Origin: a virus
DNA length: 64,000 nt
Direction: 5' to 3' (one strand)
Virus record (IMG/VR): IMGVR_UViG_3300045988_143938
The translations under genes were made by a program, and so were the position numbers. Shown here in pieces: positions 34,248 through 42,136 of the stretch (position 1 is its first letter; every line of letters starts with the position of its first letter). A model generated the notes under the pieces. It was not told where the DNA came from, ran no database searches, and saw only the letters and a program-made list of their open reading frames with translations.

Positions 34248-34967
34248 TTATTCATTGGATTCGCGCACAAACTCAATCATAGGTAATTGTGCTTCTACTG
34301 ATTTAGGAATACCGCCACCCGCTACGCGGTCCGCGTATATTCTGCCTGCTCTTACTACGGCACATGTTGCAGAAATGCAACCTTCGGGGATGCAGACATC
34401 CTCAAATACAAGGCCGTTTACGTCACTTAAGTTTCCGCTTGAAGTTGCACCTTGCTTGGTAAGTTCCATTGTCCCTGTTACTCCGGTGCTTCCGGGGATA
34501 AACATGTAGGCCGGAACCATTGCAGCTGTCTTTTGCGTGAATGTCAGCACTGCGCCACTTCTTTTCACATCCCACTCTGTGAAAGTGGCCTTGCCGCCTT
34601 CAATCTTTGTAGCGACCAGTTCGGGGGTTGTTTCCGAAGCGCTTGTTACTGCGATTGAGTAGCTTTTGCTCCCCAATACAAAGGATAAATCTCCGTTGGC
34701 GGTAGCCTTGTTGGTGATAGTCAGCGTTACTACCGCTTTTACACCTGTCACTCCCTCCGCAGTAATCACCTCTACCTGTTTGCCGGGGCCGTTGAACTTA
34801 ACCATTGTGCCAGCATGTATAATATCGCCAGGGTTTAATCCCATTCCGGCAACATCAATCATACCGCCTCCTTGATACAGTTCTCGAACTCTCGACCATA
34901 CAGGAAAATTACCGCCAAATTCCGACCGGAATTGACCGATAGTGTTGAATGTTCCTAATTGTCTCAT
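34248..34967 (-). CDS. head decoration-like protein
   Basis: Position directly upstream of capsid gene; Gly/Thr-rich central insert. Confidence 0.45.
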   Translation of the reverse strand: MRQLGTFNTIGQFRSEFGGNFPVWSRVRELYQGGGMIDVAGMGLNPGDIIHAGTMVKFNGPGKQVEVITAEGVTGVKAVVTLTITNKATANGDLSFVLGSKSYSIAVTSASETTPELVATKIEGGKATFTEWDVKRSGAVLTFTQKTAAMVPAYMFIPGSTGVTGTMELTKQGATSSGNLSDVNGLVFEDVCIPEGCISATCAVVRAGRIYADRVAGGGIPKSVEAQLPMIEFVRESNE

Positions 34968-34991
34968 CTTTTTTGTCTGTTTTAAAATGTG

Positions 34992-35654
34992 TTATTTGGT
35001 TTTCGGGAGCTTGCCTCTTGATTTCATTAACTCCTTAAAGGCTTCTCTTCGGCTTTTTGCCTGCTCTTCTCCGGTTTCCGCAAACTGATTGATACTTGGG
35101 GATGCTCCGTCTCCGAAAATCGCCTTGTATCTTTTCTCGTAGTTGCGTTTAGCACAGTTTACAATGTCCTCCACTTTCATTCCGTCTGTAATTTCCACAT
35201 CGGAAATGGCAATGCCGAGGATCTCATCGTTGCAGATGTTTTTACCACCATTCTCGATTTGAGATTTCAACTGGCTTTTGGATTCGGCCTTTAACTCGTT
35301 GATTGACGCGGCTCTTTTCTCCGCTTCTTTTTCCCCCTTTAGCTGCAAAAGCTCTTCTTCCATTTTTTTCAATTTGGCGGCAAGCGTTCCCTCGTTTGGT
35401 TCGTCTTTTGCATCGTCCGGGATTGGTTGAGGTTTGTAGTTTTTCTTGAAATCCTCAACTTGTGTTGCTACATCATGATTGTACTGTCCCTGTAACCCTT
35501 GCAGAAATCCGGTAGCCTTGTTGAAGTAAGTATCGTCAGGTTCACTTCCTTCCTCTAACGGGTTAAGGTCTATGTACTTCATTAATGTCTGTGACGAAAG
35601 GCTGGTTTGTCCAAGTCTTGTCGTTAATTCGGATAAGATTTGTTCTTTCTCCAT
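34992..35654 (-). CDS. scaffolding protein
   Basis: Acidic, coiled-coil (KKMEEELLQLKGEKEAEKR); first gene of head operon. Confidence 0.55.
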   Translation of the reverse strand: MEKEQILSELTTRLGQTSLSSQTLMKYIDLNPLEEGSEPDDTYFNKATGFLQGLQGQYNHDVATQVEDFKKNYKPQPIPDDAKDEPNEGTLAAKLKKMEEELLQLKGEKEAEKRAASINELKAESKSQLKSQIENGGKNICNDEILGIAISDVEITDGMKVEDIVNCAKRNYEKRYKAIFGDGASPSINQFAETGEEQAKSRREAFKELMKSRGKLPKTK

Positions 35655-35678
35655 CGTGTTTTATTTAGTTGTGTTATA

Positions 35679-35729
35679 AAAAAAAGAGCCTATCAACGCT
35701 TTGTGCGTCAATAAGCTCTTTGGCTTGCA
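35679..35729 (-). terminator. leader hairpin plus U8
   Basis: mRNA sense CAAGCCAAAGAGC...GGCUCUUUUUUUU, 25 nt before the scaffold ATG; paralog of 20031-20088. Confidence 0.45.
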
Positions 35730-35744
35730 TATCTAATATTACTA

Positions 35745-35924
35745 TTATTCCTTCGTCAGTCTAACTCTCATAAATTTACGGCATCTCCTGCATATAATCC
35801 TAATGGAAGAACTTCCGCAAACTTCCTCAACGTCCATTATTTTCTGTTTACACACCGGACATATTGCAAAGTTTCCTTTTCTATCAGGTAACTCTTCATC
35901 GAGTTGGACGTCAATTTTTATCAT
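35745..35924 (-). CDS. Com-like zinc-ribbon protein, 59 aa (below ORF-track cutoff)
   Basis: MIKIDVQLDEELPDRKGNFAICPVCKQKIMDVEEVCGSSSIRIICRRCRKFMRVRLTKE; CPVC...CRRC spacing as in Mu Com family. Confidence 0.5.
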   Translation of the reverse strand: MIKIDVQLDEELPDRKGNFAICPVCKQKIMDVEEVCGSSSIRIICRRCRKFMRVRLTKE

Positions 35925-35943
35925 ATCACATGATTTAATAATG

Positions 35944-35951
35944 CAAATATA
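35944..35951 (-). promoter_or_regulatory. -7 box TATATTTG (minus strand)
   Basis: Plus strand reads TGCAAATATA. Confidence 0.45.
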
Positions 35952-35965
35952 TCACCTATTTTCTA
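35952..35965 (-). promoter_or_regulatory. TAGAAAATAGRTGA motif copy 3
   Basis: tcacctattttcta on plus strand; inverted partner of copy 4. Confidence 0.5.
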
Positions 35966-36004
35966 TAAAAACAACATTATAGACATATTTTTATGGGTAA
36001 AATT

Positions 36005-36018
36005 TAGAAAATAGATGA
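36005..36018 (+). promoter_or_regulatory. TAGAAAATAGRTGA motif copy 4
   Basis: tagaaaatagatga, 7 nt upstream of plus-strand -7 box. Confidence 0.5.
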
Positions 36019-36025
36019 AAAATCG

Positions 36026-36033
36026 TATATTTG
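36026..36033 (+). promoter_or_regulatory. -7 box TATATTTG
   Basis: Upstream of the terminase leader. Confidence 0.45.
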
Positions 36034-36063
36034 CACTATATATTACTCATAGAGCTGTGAATC

Positions 36064-36110
36064 AAGCCGGAGTATGCAAAATCATATTGCATGCGACGGC
36101 TTATTTTTTT
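36064..36110 (+). terminator. leader hairpin plus T7 immediately before terL ATG
   Basis: AAGCCG...CGGCTT outer stem, ATGCAA/TTGCAT inner stem, then ATTTTTTT. Confidence 0.4.
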
Positions 36111-38801
36111 ATGGAATACGACGGAATTGTACATACAAAAAATGGAGAGGGCGTATTTACTTATGCGCACATGGAAAAGCTGCGTGAATATGGAAATCCG
36201 CTTAATATAATCGCCCAAAAAGGATGTCAAGAAAAGTTCCTTGCGTCTCCGGCAGATATTACTATATTTGGAGGAAACCGTGGTGGCGGAAAGGCGCTGA
36301 TATTCAATGAATTAGTGTGTACTCCGTTCGGATTTAGAAAAATCCAAGACATTAAAGCCGGCGACATAATCACTGGCCTTGACGGAGGAATGCAAAGGGT
36401 TGTTTACAACTCCTATCAGGGATTTAAAGAGTGTGTAAGACTTAAATTCGTTGACGGCTCTTATGCTGACTGCTGCATAGATCACTTATGGAATATCAAG
36501 CAATCTAACCATTGTTCAAAGAAAAGGGCTTTATATAACCTCCCCTTAGAGGATGAATGGCGGGTGTGGACTACTCAAATGATTATAGACCACATGGAAA
36601 AGCAGAAGGGGAAGAAGCAGCCGCGCCATTTATCTGTTCCGTTGTGCAAGCCAGTTCGATTCACCAAAGGGAAATACTTCAAGCCTAAATTCAGTCCGTA
36701 TCTGATTGGTGCGCTCATCGGGGACGGATGTATTGCCGATAGTGTAATCAGTAAAAACTGCTGTTATTTATTTAATCCTGACGAGGAAGTCATTGGCGAG
36801 TTCAAGAAATCAGTAGGGTATTCTTCTTGCGAGTTTGAGAAAGGCTGCTACCGCATGCGCATCAACGACAAAGAGCTTATCGCAGAGATTCAGAAATTGA
36901 ATATAACAGGGCGTGCGGCAGATAAACACGTTCCTGACATGTATTTATATGGGTCGCTGGAGGAAAGATGGGCGCTTGTTCAGGGCTTAATGGATACCGA
37001 CGGAACTATTGATGAAAGAGGGCACCTGTCTTATACTACAATAAGCAAACAGCTTGCGGAAGATGTAAAATTCCTTATCAACAGTTTGGGAGGATTGGCG
37101 ACGATTGGCAGAGGCACCGCGGGGTATAGAAATAGCAATGGAAAATTTATCCAATGTAATGACGCATACACTCTTTATATAAGAATCCCGGATGCCGAAA
37201 GGATGTTTCGCGTAAAAAGGAAAAAGGAAAGATGCAAACCTTATAATGGCGGAATAAGCATCAATGCGAGAAGAATTATAGGCTACGATATGATAGGGAA
37301 GAAGGAGTGTTGCTGTATTGCAGTAACCAATCCGGATAGTTTGTTTCTGACAAGGGATTTTATTGTCACCCATAATTCTTGGGCCTTGCTAATGGAGGTC
37401 TTGAAAGATATAAATAACCCGAATTTTGCTTCTGTAATCCTGAGAAACGAAAAAGAGGACTTGAGTAATATAGTAAACAAGTCTTATGAACTTTTCTCTC
37501 AATACGGAAAGTACAACCGCTCTATCTCGGACATGACTTGGAACTTCTATAACGGAGGTTTTTTAAAGTTTTCCTATTATGCGGATTCTTACGAAGACTT
37601 CGTAAAGCGTTTTCAGGGAAAAGAGTTTGCCTTTATCGGTATAGACGAAATCACTCACTCTGATTACCTGAAGTTCAAATACCTTATTACCAACAACCGT
37701 AATGCCTACGGTATAAGAAACCGTTTTTATGGCACATGTAACCCTGACCCGGATAGCTGGGTACGTAAATTCATAGACTGGTGGATTGATGAAAACGGTA
37801 ACCCTATTCCGGAGCGAGACGGGGTAATACGCTATTGCTTCATGGATGGCGACCGACCGGAAGATATTTACTGGGGGGATTCCGTAGACGAAGTTTATAA
37901 CCAATGCAGGCATATCATAGATCCGTTGCTTACGCCGGGTCTTATCAGTAAGGGTTACGACAAGTCGGCATTCGTGAAGACAGTCACATTCATAAAGGGA
38001 AAGCTTGAAGAGAACGTTGCTCTTATATCTTCCGACCCTAATTATTTAGCCAACCTGGCCCAGCAGGACGAAGAATCTCGCGCAAGGGACTTGGAAGGGA
38101 ACTGGAACTTTAAAGCTGCCGGGGATGATATTATCAAGATGGAACACATGGAGCGCTTCTTTAAAAATACCGCCCAATACGGAGACGAGAAGCGTAGGGT
38201 ATCATGCGATATTGCATACGAGGGAGGAGACAACCTTGTCTTGTGGCTGTGGATCGGGAACCATATCGAAGATGTATATGTGAGTAGGGATAATTCCAAG
38301 CGGACGGAAGAGTGTGTTGCCCATAAACTTAGAGAGTGGGGCGTGCTGGAAAAGGATTTTGTTTTTGACTTAAACGGCCCCGGCCAGGATTTTAAAGGGA
38401 AATTCCCCGATGCGGTCAGGTTTAATAATATGGCTGCTCCAATACCCGCGACAAAAGCGGATGAGAAATCAATCAAGTATGTGTACTCCTCTTTAAAATC
38501 ACAGTGTGCGGATATTCTTGTAAAAAAGATAAAGAACGAGGAGATATCCATAAATCCCGATTTGTTATCGCGCAAATTCTCCGGTAACGGATATTCCGGA
38601 GTAACCCTTTATAATATTCTTATGAAAGAGAGAAAGGCTATTCGGGACGCGGAAACAGACAAAGGGTTTGCCTTGATTAAAAAGGAAACTATGAAAAAAT
38701 ACGTCGGGCACTCTCCTGACTTTATAGAAGCGATGATTTACAGACAAATTTTTGATATAAAAAAACATAACACAAAACCAAAAGGATTATGGAGATTATA
38801 A
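36111..38801 (+). CDS. terL: terminase large subunit, interrupted by intein
   Basis: Walker A GGNRGGGK|S split by insert; Walker B FAFIGIDEITH. Track start 36015 lies upstream of the predicted -7 box, so ATG 36111 is preferred. Confidence 0.9.
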   Translation: MEYDGIVHTKNGEGVFTYAHMEKLREYGNPLNIIAQKGCQEKFLASPADITIFGGNRGGGKALIFNELVCTPFGFRKIQDIKAGDIITGLDGGMQRVVYNSYQGFKECVRLKFVDGSYADCCIDHLWNIKQSNHCSKKRALYNLPLEDEWRVWTTQMIIDHMEKQKGKKQPRHLSVPLCKPVRFTKGKYFKPKFSPYLIGALIGDGCIADSVISKNCCYLFNPDEEVIGEFKKSVGYSSCEFEKGCYRMRINDKELIAEIQKLNITGRAADKHVPDMYLYGSLEERWALVQGLMDTDGTIDERGHLSYTTISKQLAEDVKFLINSLGGLATIGRGTAGYRNSNGKFIQCNDAYTLYIRIPDAERMFRVKRKKERCKPYNGGISINARRIIGYDMIGKKECCCIAVTNPDSLFLTRDFIVTHNSWALLMEVLKDINNPNFASVILRNEKEDLSNIVNKSYELFSQYGKYNRSISDMTWNFYNGGFLKFSYYADSYEDFVKRFQGKEFAFIGIDEITHSDYLKFKYLITNNRNAYGIRNRFYGTCNPDPDSWVRKFIDWWIDENGNPIPERDGVIRYCFMDGDRPEDIYWGDSVDEVYNQCRHIIDPLLTPGLISKGYDKSAFVKTVTFIKGKLEENVALISSDPNYLANLAQQDEESRARDLEGNWNFKAAGDDIIKMEHMERFFKNTAQYGDEKRRVSCDIAYEGGDNLVLWLWIGNHIEDVYVSRDNSKRTEECVAHKLREWGVLEKDFVFDLNGPGQDFKGKFPDAVRFNNMAAPIPATKADEKSIKYVYSSLKSQCADILVKKIKNEEISINPDLLSRKFSGNGYSGVTLYNILMKERKAIRDAETDKGFALIKKETMKKYVGHSPDFIEAMIYRQIFDIKKHNTKPKGLWRL
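36294..37376 (+). mobile_element. 361-aa intein with LAGLIDADG homing endonuclease, class 3 hallmarks
   Basis: Starts Ala after GGGK, ends IVTHN|S; DHLW (block B Trp), ECCCIAV (block F Cys), THN (block G Thr); LIGALIGDG and LVQGLMDTDG motifs. Confidence 0.8.
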
Positions 38802-40324
38802 ACACACGCCAGATTATGGTACGTCGTCCGTTCCGGAGGATATTGCCAAATGGCTATAAAGCCGCTGCTGGGGTTATTTCAGGAAACACCCTCATCAATG
38901 AACCGTCTGATAATCCTACGTATCAGATAATAACTCAAATGGACTTCATGCGTGAGTTTGAGCCTTCGGGACATGCGATTAATGACCCGCTGGTATATCC
39001 TGACAGGTTAAGGCAGGACCCGGAGACGAAGCAATGGTTCAGGGAGTATGTTATCAGATGCGCTTTTGCTTTTCAAAGAATAATAACGGTCAAGCATCTT
39101 GTCCACCTTTGCGGGAATGATATTCAGTTTGAAATGGAAGGCGATACCGAGAATGAGAAAGTGAAAGATACCTTCTTTAAATTTAGAACGGGATGGGCCG
39201 TAAAAGACATGGAAATCGCATGGTACGAGGCCGCTAAGTCTGTAAAGATAACCGGAGATACGGCATTTGTGGGATACCTTAGAAAAGGAAAATTCTATTG
39301 GAAAGTCCTTTCTTTTGAAAAAGGTGATGTATTGTATCCTCATTTTGATAATGTTACAGGAGAGCTATCCTTGTTTGCCCGTTCTTATTCCAATTACGAC
39401 AGCAGCGGGAATATTGTGACCGACTGGCTGGAGGTGTGGGATGAAAAGTATCTCCGTCGCTTTAAAAAAGGAGGAAAGGGATACAGCAAAATCAAACAAG
39501 TAATAAAAAACTTATTTGGATTGGACGGTTATGAACTCGTCTCTCAGCAAGAGCATGGGTTTACGTTTATTCCTGTGGCTTACCATAGATGCGATGCCGG
39601 AGCTTGTTGGTCTCCCTCGCAAGACAGTATAGAGCAATACGAACTCGCTTTCTCCCAGCTATCTCAAAACAATACAGCCTATGCGTTCCCGATTATGTAT
39701 TTCAAGGGAGAAAATATAAATATAGATGGAGGTGTTGACGGAACTGTAAAATGTATCACAATGGGGCCGGACGATGAAGCCGGATACCTTAATAAACAGG
39801 ATGTATCTACGGCTTTCGAAAAGCAGCTCGATACTCTTTACAAGCTGATATATGAACAGTCGTTTGCTGTAATTCCTCCGGAGGTAAGAAGCGGCGATCT
39901 TCCGGGTGTGGCTATAAAGCTGCTTTATTCACCGGCGTTTGAGAATGCGATGAAGGATGCGCAAGAATATAACCGCCTCGTGGACGACATGGTGAAGATT
40001 TTCACCTATGGATACGGAGTGGAAACGGAAAATCTTATAGACCTGCAAAACTTGAGTGTATATGCTTGGATAAAACCCTATATCCATTTGAATGAATCGG
40101 AGCTTGTGCAGAATCTTGCCACTTGTGTGCAAAACGGATTTTTATCACGTCAAACCGCAAATGAGCAGATTCAAATGTATAGCAATCCCCGCGACTGGGA
40201 CAGGATAATGAGAGAGAAAAAGGAAGAGCAGCAGGCTGATATCCTTTATCAACTCAAAACCACGCAACCTACTCCCGAAGAAGAGGAACCCGAACACAAC
40301 CCGGCTGGAGATGATAAGCAATGA
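38789..40324 (+). CDS. portal protein
   Basis: 511 aa directly after and overlapping terL; acidic C-terminus. Confidence 0.8.
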   Translation: MEIINTRQIMVRRPFRRILPNGYKAAAGVISGNTLINEPSDNPTYQIITQMDFMREFEPSGHAINDPLVYPDRLRQDPETKQWFREYVIRCAFAFQRIITVKHLVHLCGNDIQFEMEGDTENEKVKDTFFKFRTGWAVKDMEIAWYEAAKSVKITGDTAFVGYLRKGKFYWKVLSFEKGDVLYPHFDNVTGELSLFARSYSNYDSSGNIVTDWLEVWDEKYLRRFKKGGKGYSKIKQVIKNLFGLDGYELVSQQEHGFTFIPVAYHRCDAGACWSPSQDSIEQYELAFSQLSQNNTAYAFPIMYFKGENINIDGGVDGTVKCITMGPDDEAGYLNKQDVSTAFEKQLDTLYKLIYEQSFAVIPPEVRSGDLPGVAIKLLYSPAFENAMKDAQEYNRLVDDMVKIFTYGYGVETENLIDLQNLSVYAWIKPYIHLNESELVQNLATCVQNGFLSRQTANEQIQMYSNPRDWDRIMREKKEEQQADILYQLKTTQPTPEEEEPEHNPAGDDKQ

Positions 40325-41103
40325 AACAGCCCACGCAACAACAGATACAGGAAGCCAAAGATTTTATAAGGCAGCGGCTAAAGGCTGAATTATCCATGCA
40401 GAAGCATTTGGATAATCTTCTCTTGCAAGCCGCAAACGAGATTGTGGATATATCTTTGAAGTATAAGATAAAACCGTCCATGTTCCGCTTTTCCGCAAAT
40501 GAAAAACTCGAAAGGGAGGTAGGTGTTGTTATCGGAAAGTTGCGAGAGATGATTTACGACTATACCGAAACACTTTCCGTTTATGACAGGAAAGAAGAAA
40601 GGGAGGCTATCATTGCTTTTATAAATAGGGAAGATCATGGAAAGACGCTTTCGGAGCGTATTGATATTTATTGCAACCGCTTTAAGTATGAGATAGAGGC
40701 TGCTGTCGCCGCCGGGCTTATTGCCGGGATAAGCCGAAACAAAATAAAGGACAGCATAAGGGAGAACCTTAAATCTCCGTATGATAGCTCCTATTTCAAA
40801 AAGGCCGTAGAATCCGGGGTATCCGCAGCAACCCGCATTAATACAAATGGAATAAGTTATGGAGTAGGGAAGTCCAACTCTTCCTATAACTCACTGAATA
40901 CCCTTACCCGGTATGCTATCGGGTCCGCATGGATGTGGTTTAATGGAGTTCATAAACAAAAAGAAGGAGCTATCGGTTTTTATTCATATAGAGGGAGCGG
41001 CTACCCATGCTCTTATTGTGATAGTATGGTCGGGTATCATCCTATATCCGACTATCAGAGCCAGTGGCATATAAGGTGCTGTTGTTATTTTGTATTTGTA
41101 TAA
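40321..41103 (+). CDS. head morphogenesis protein (Mu F / SPP1 gp7-like)
   Basis: Follows portal with ATGA overlap; C-terminal CSYCDS...WHIRCCCY resembles the HPNCRC-type end of the family. Confidence 0.6.
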   Translation: MKQPTQQQIQEAKDFIRQRLKAELSMQKHLDNLLLQAANEIVDISLKYKIKPSMFRFSANEKLEREVGVVIGKLREMIYDYTETLSVYDRKEEREAIIAFINREDHGKTLSERIDIYCNRFKYEIEAAVAAGLIAGISRNKIKDSIRENLKSPYDSSYFKKAVESGVSAATRINTNGISYGVGKSNSSYNSLNTLTRYAIGSAWMWFNGVHKQKEGAIGFYSYRGSGYPCSYCDSMVGYHPISDYQSQWHIRCCCYFVFV

Positions 41104-41120
41104 TTAAAAGTTACAATAAT

Positions 41121-41678
41121 ATGTTGAGAGGTAAAGAGGAAAAAATCACATTCAGCAAAGGACTTGGGACCGAATGTAGGAAACTGGGAATCAGCGCAAA
41201 AGAAAAGGCTTTTGCAGACCTTTTAGCGCTGGGATGGAAAGATAAAGACGCTTATCTCATCTCCGGCCTTTATAACCCTGTGTATAATTTAGAGATGAAT
41301 AAGAAGAATATGAATGCCCTCCTTTCCCAGGATAAGGACTTCATGGATTATCTTACCTTTATAAACAAGCGTGTAAATCGTAGACAGAAAGAGAGCGAGA
41401 AAGAGGAAGAGTTTTTGGTTGAAGGTGTTAGTGATGAAGATATTGCTTCTGAGCTTTCAAAGGAAAACCAGCTTCGTAAGCTTATCGCCGCCCGTAAAAA
41501 GTACGATGGCAAAGAGGGCTGCAAGGAATGGATAGACCTCACCAAAATGATTGCAGACATCACGCAGATTAAGAAAGACGAGATAAAAGAAGAAGATACT
41601 ACCACTCATTTTTATCTTCCAATTTCATGCAATAATTGCTCCTTGTACCTTGCCGCTAAAAAGAAAGCCGGGAAATGA
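41121..41678 (+). CDS. possible small terminase-like / DNA-binding protein
   Basis: LGISAKEKAFADLLALGWKDKDAYLISG resembles the TerS N-terminal HTH; position atypical. Confidence 0.35.
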   Translation: MLRGKEEKITFSKGLGTECRKLGISAKEKAFADLLALGWKDKDAYLISGLYNPVYNLEMNKKNMNALLSQDKDFMDYLTFINKRVNRRQKESEKEEEFLVEGVSDEDIASELSKENQLRKLIAARKKYDGKEGCKEWIDLTKMIADITQIKKDEIKEEDTTTHFYLPISCNNCSLYLAAKKKAGK

Positions 41679-41714
41679 CACCCGGCTACTTCTTCCTTAT
41701 ACATAGGTTTGTGT

Positions 41715-42104
41715 TCAGTTTTTGTCTTTATCAGACGCTTCCTCCATCTCCTTTTTCATCTCATACATCTGCCTTTCCTCCTCAATAATCTTGGCGTCCT
41801 CCTCGTCAGAAATCGGCTTGGCGTCCGCGCGGTCAAGGGCATCCCAGACTGCCTTTAGCACATCCACCTGCAACTTCGCGTCAATACAATTCCCTACATA
41901 CTGGGTATTACGCAGCATTAGCATAGGCAGATTATCAACCCTGTCTTCTATCGGAACGCTATCCAATAGTACAAACATTATGCTTCCCGCGCTGTACTCA
42001 ATGGAGAAATCACCGCATACCGTTGATGCCTTGATAAAAGGAATGCCGTCTTTCTTATACTTGAGAATAGTTATATTCCCGACTTGTGTCTTTCCGAAAT
42101 CCAT
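41715..42104 (-). CDS. hypothetical protein, acidic C-terminus
   Basis: ORF track, 129 aa, downstream of primase-helicase. Confidence 0.6.
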   Translation of the reverse strand: MDFGKTQVGNITILKYKKDGIPFIKASTVCGDFSIEYSAGSIMFVLLDSVPIEDRVDNLPMLMLRNTQYVGNCIDAKLQVDVLKAVWDALDRADAKPISDEEDAKIIEEERQMYEMKKEMEEASDKDKN

Positions 42105-42136
42105 AATCTTTTTGTGTTATATTTATTATTGCAAAT

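Noticed and set aside
36015-36110. The track start of the terminase ORF at 36015 (MKNRIFALY...).
   Set aside because: This ATG lies inside motif copy 4 and upstream of the predicted -7 box and leader hairpin. The N-terminal 32 aa are low-complexity, so ATG 36111 is preferred.
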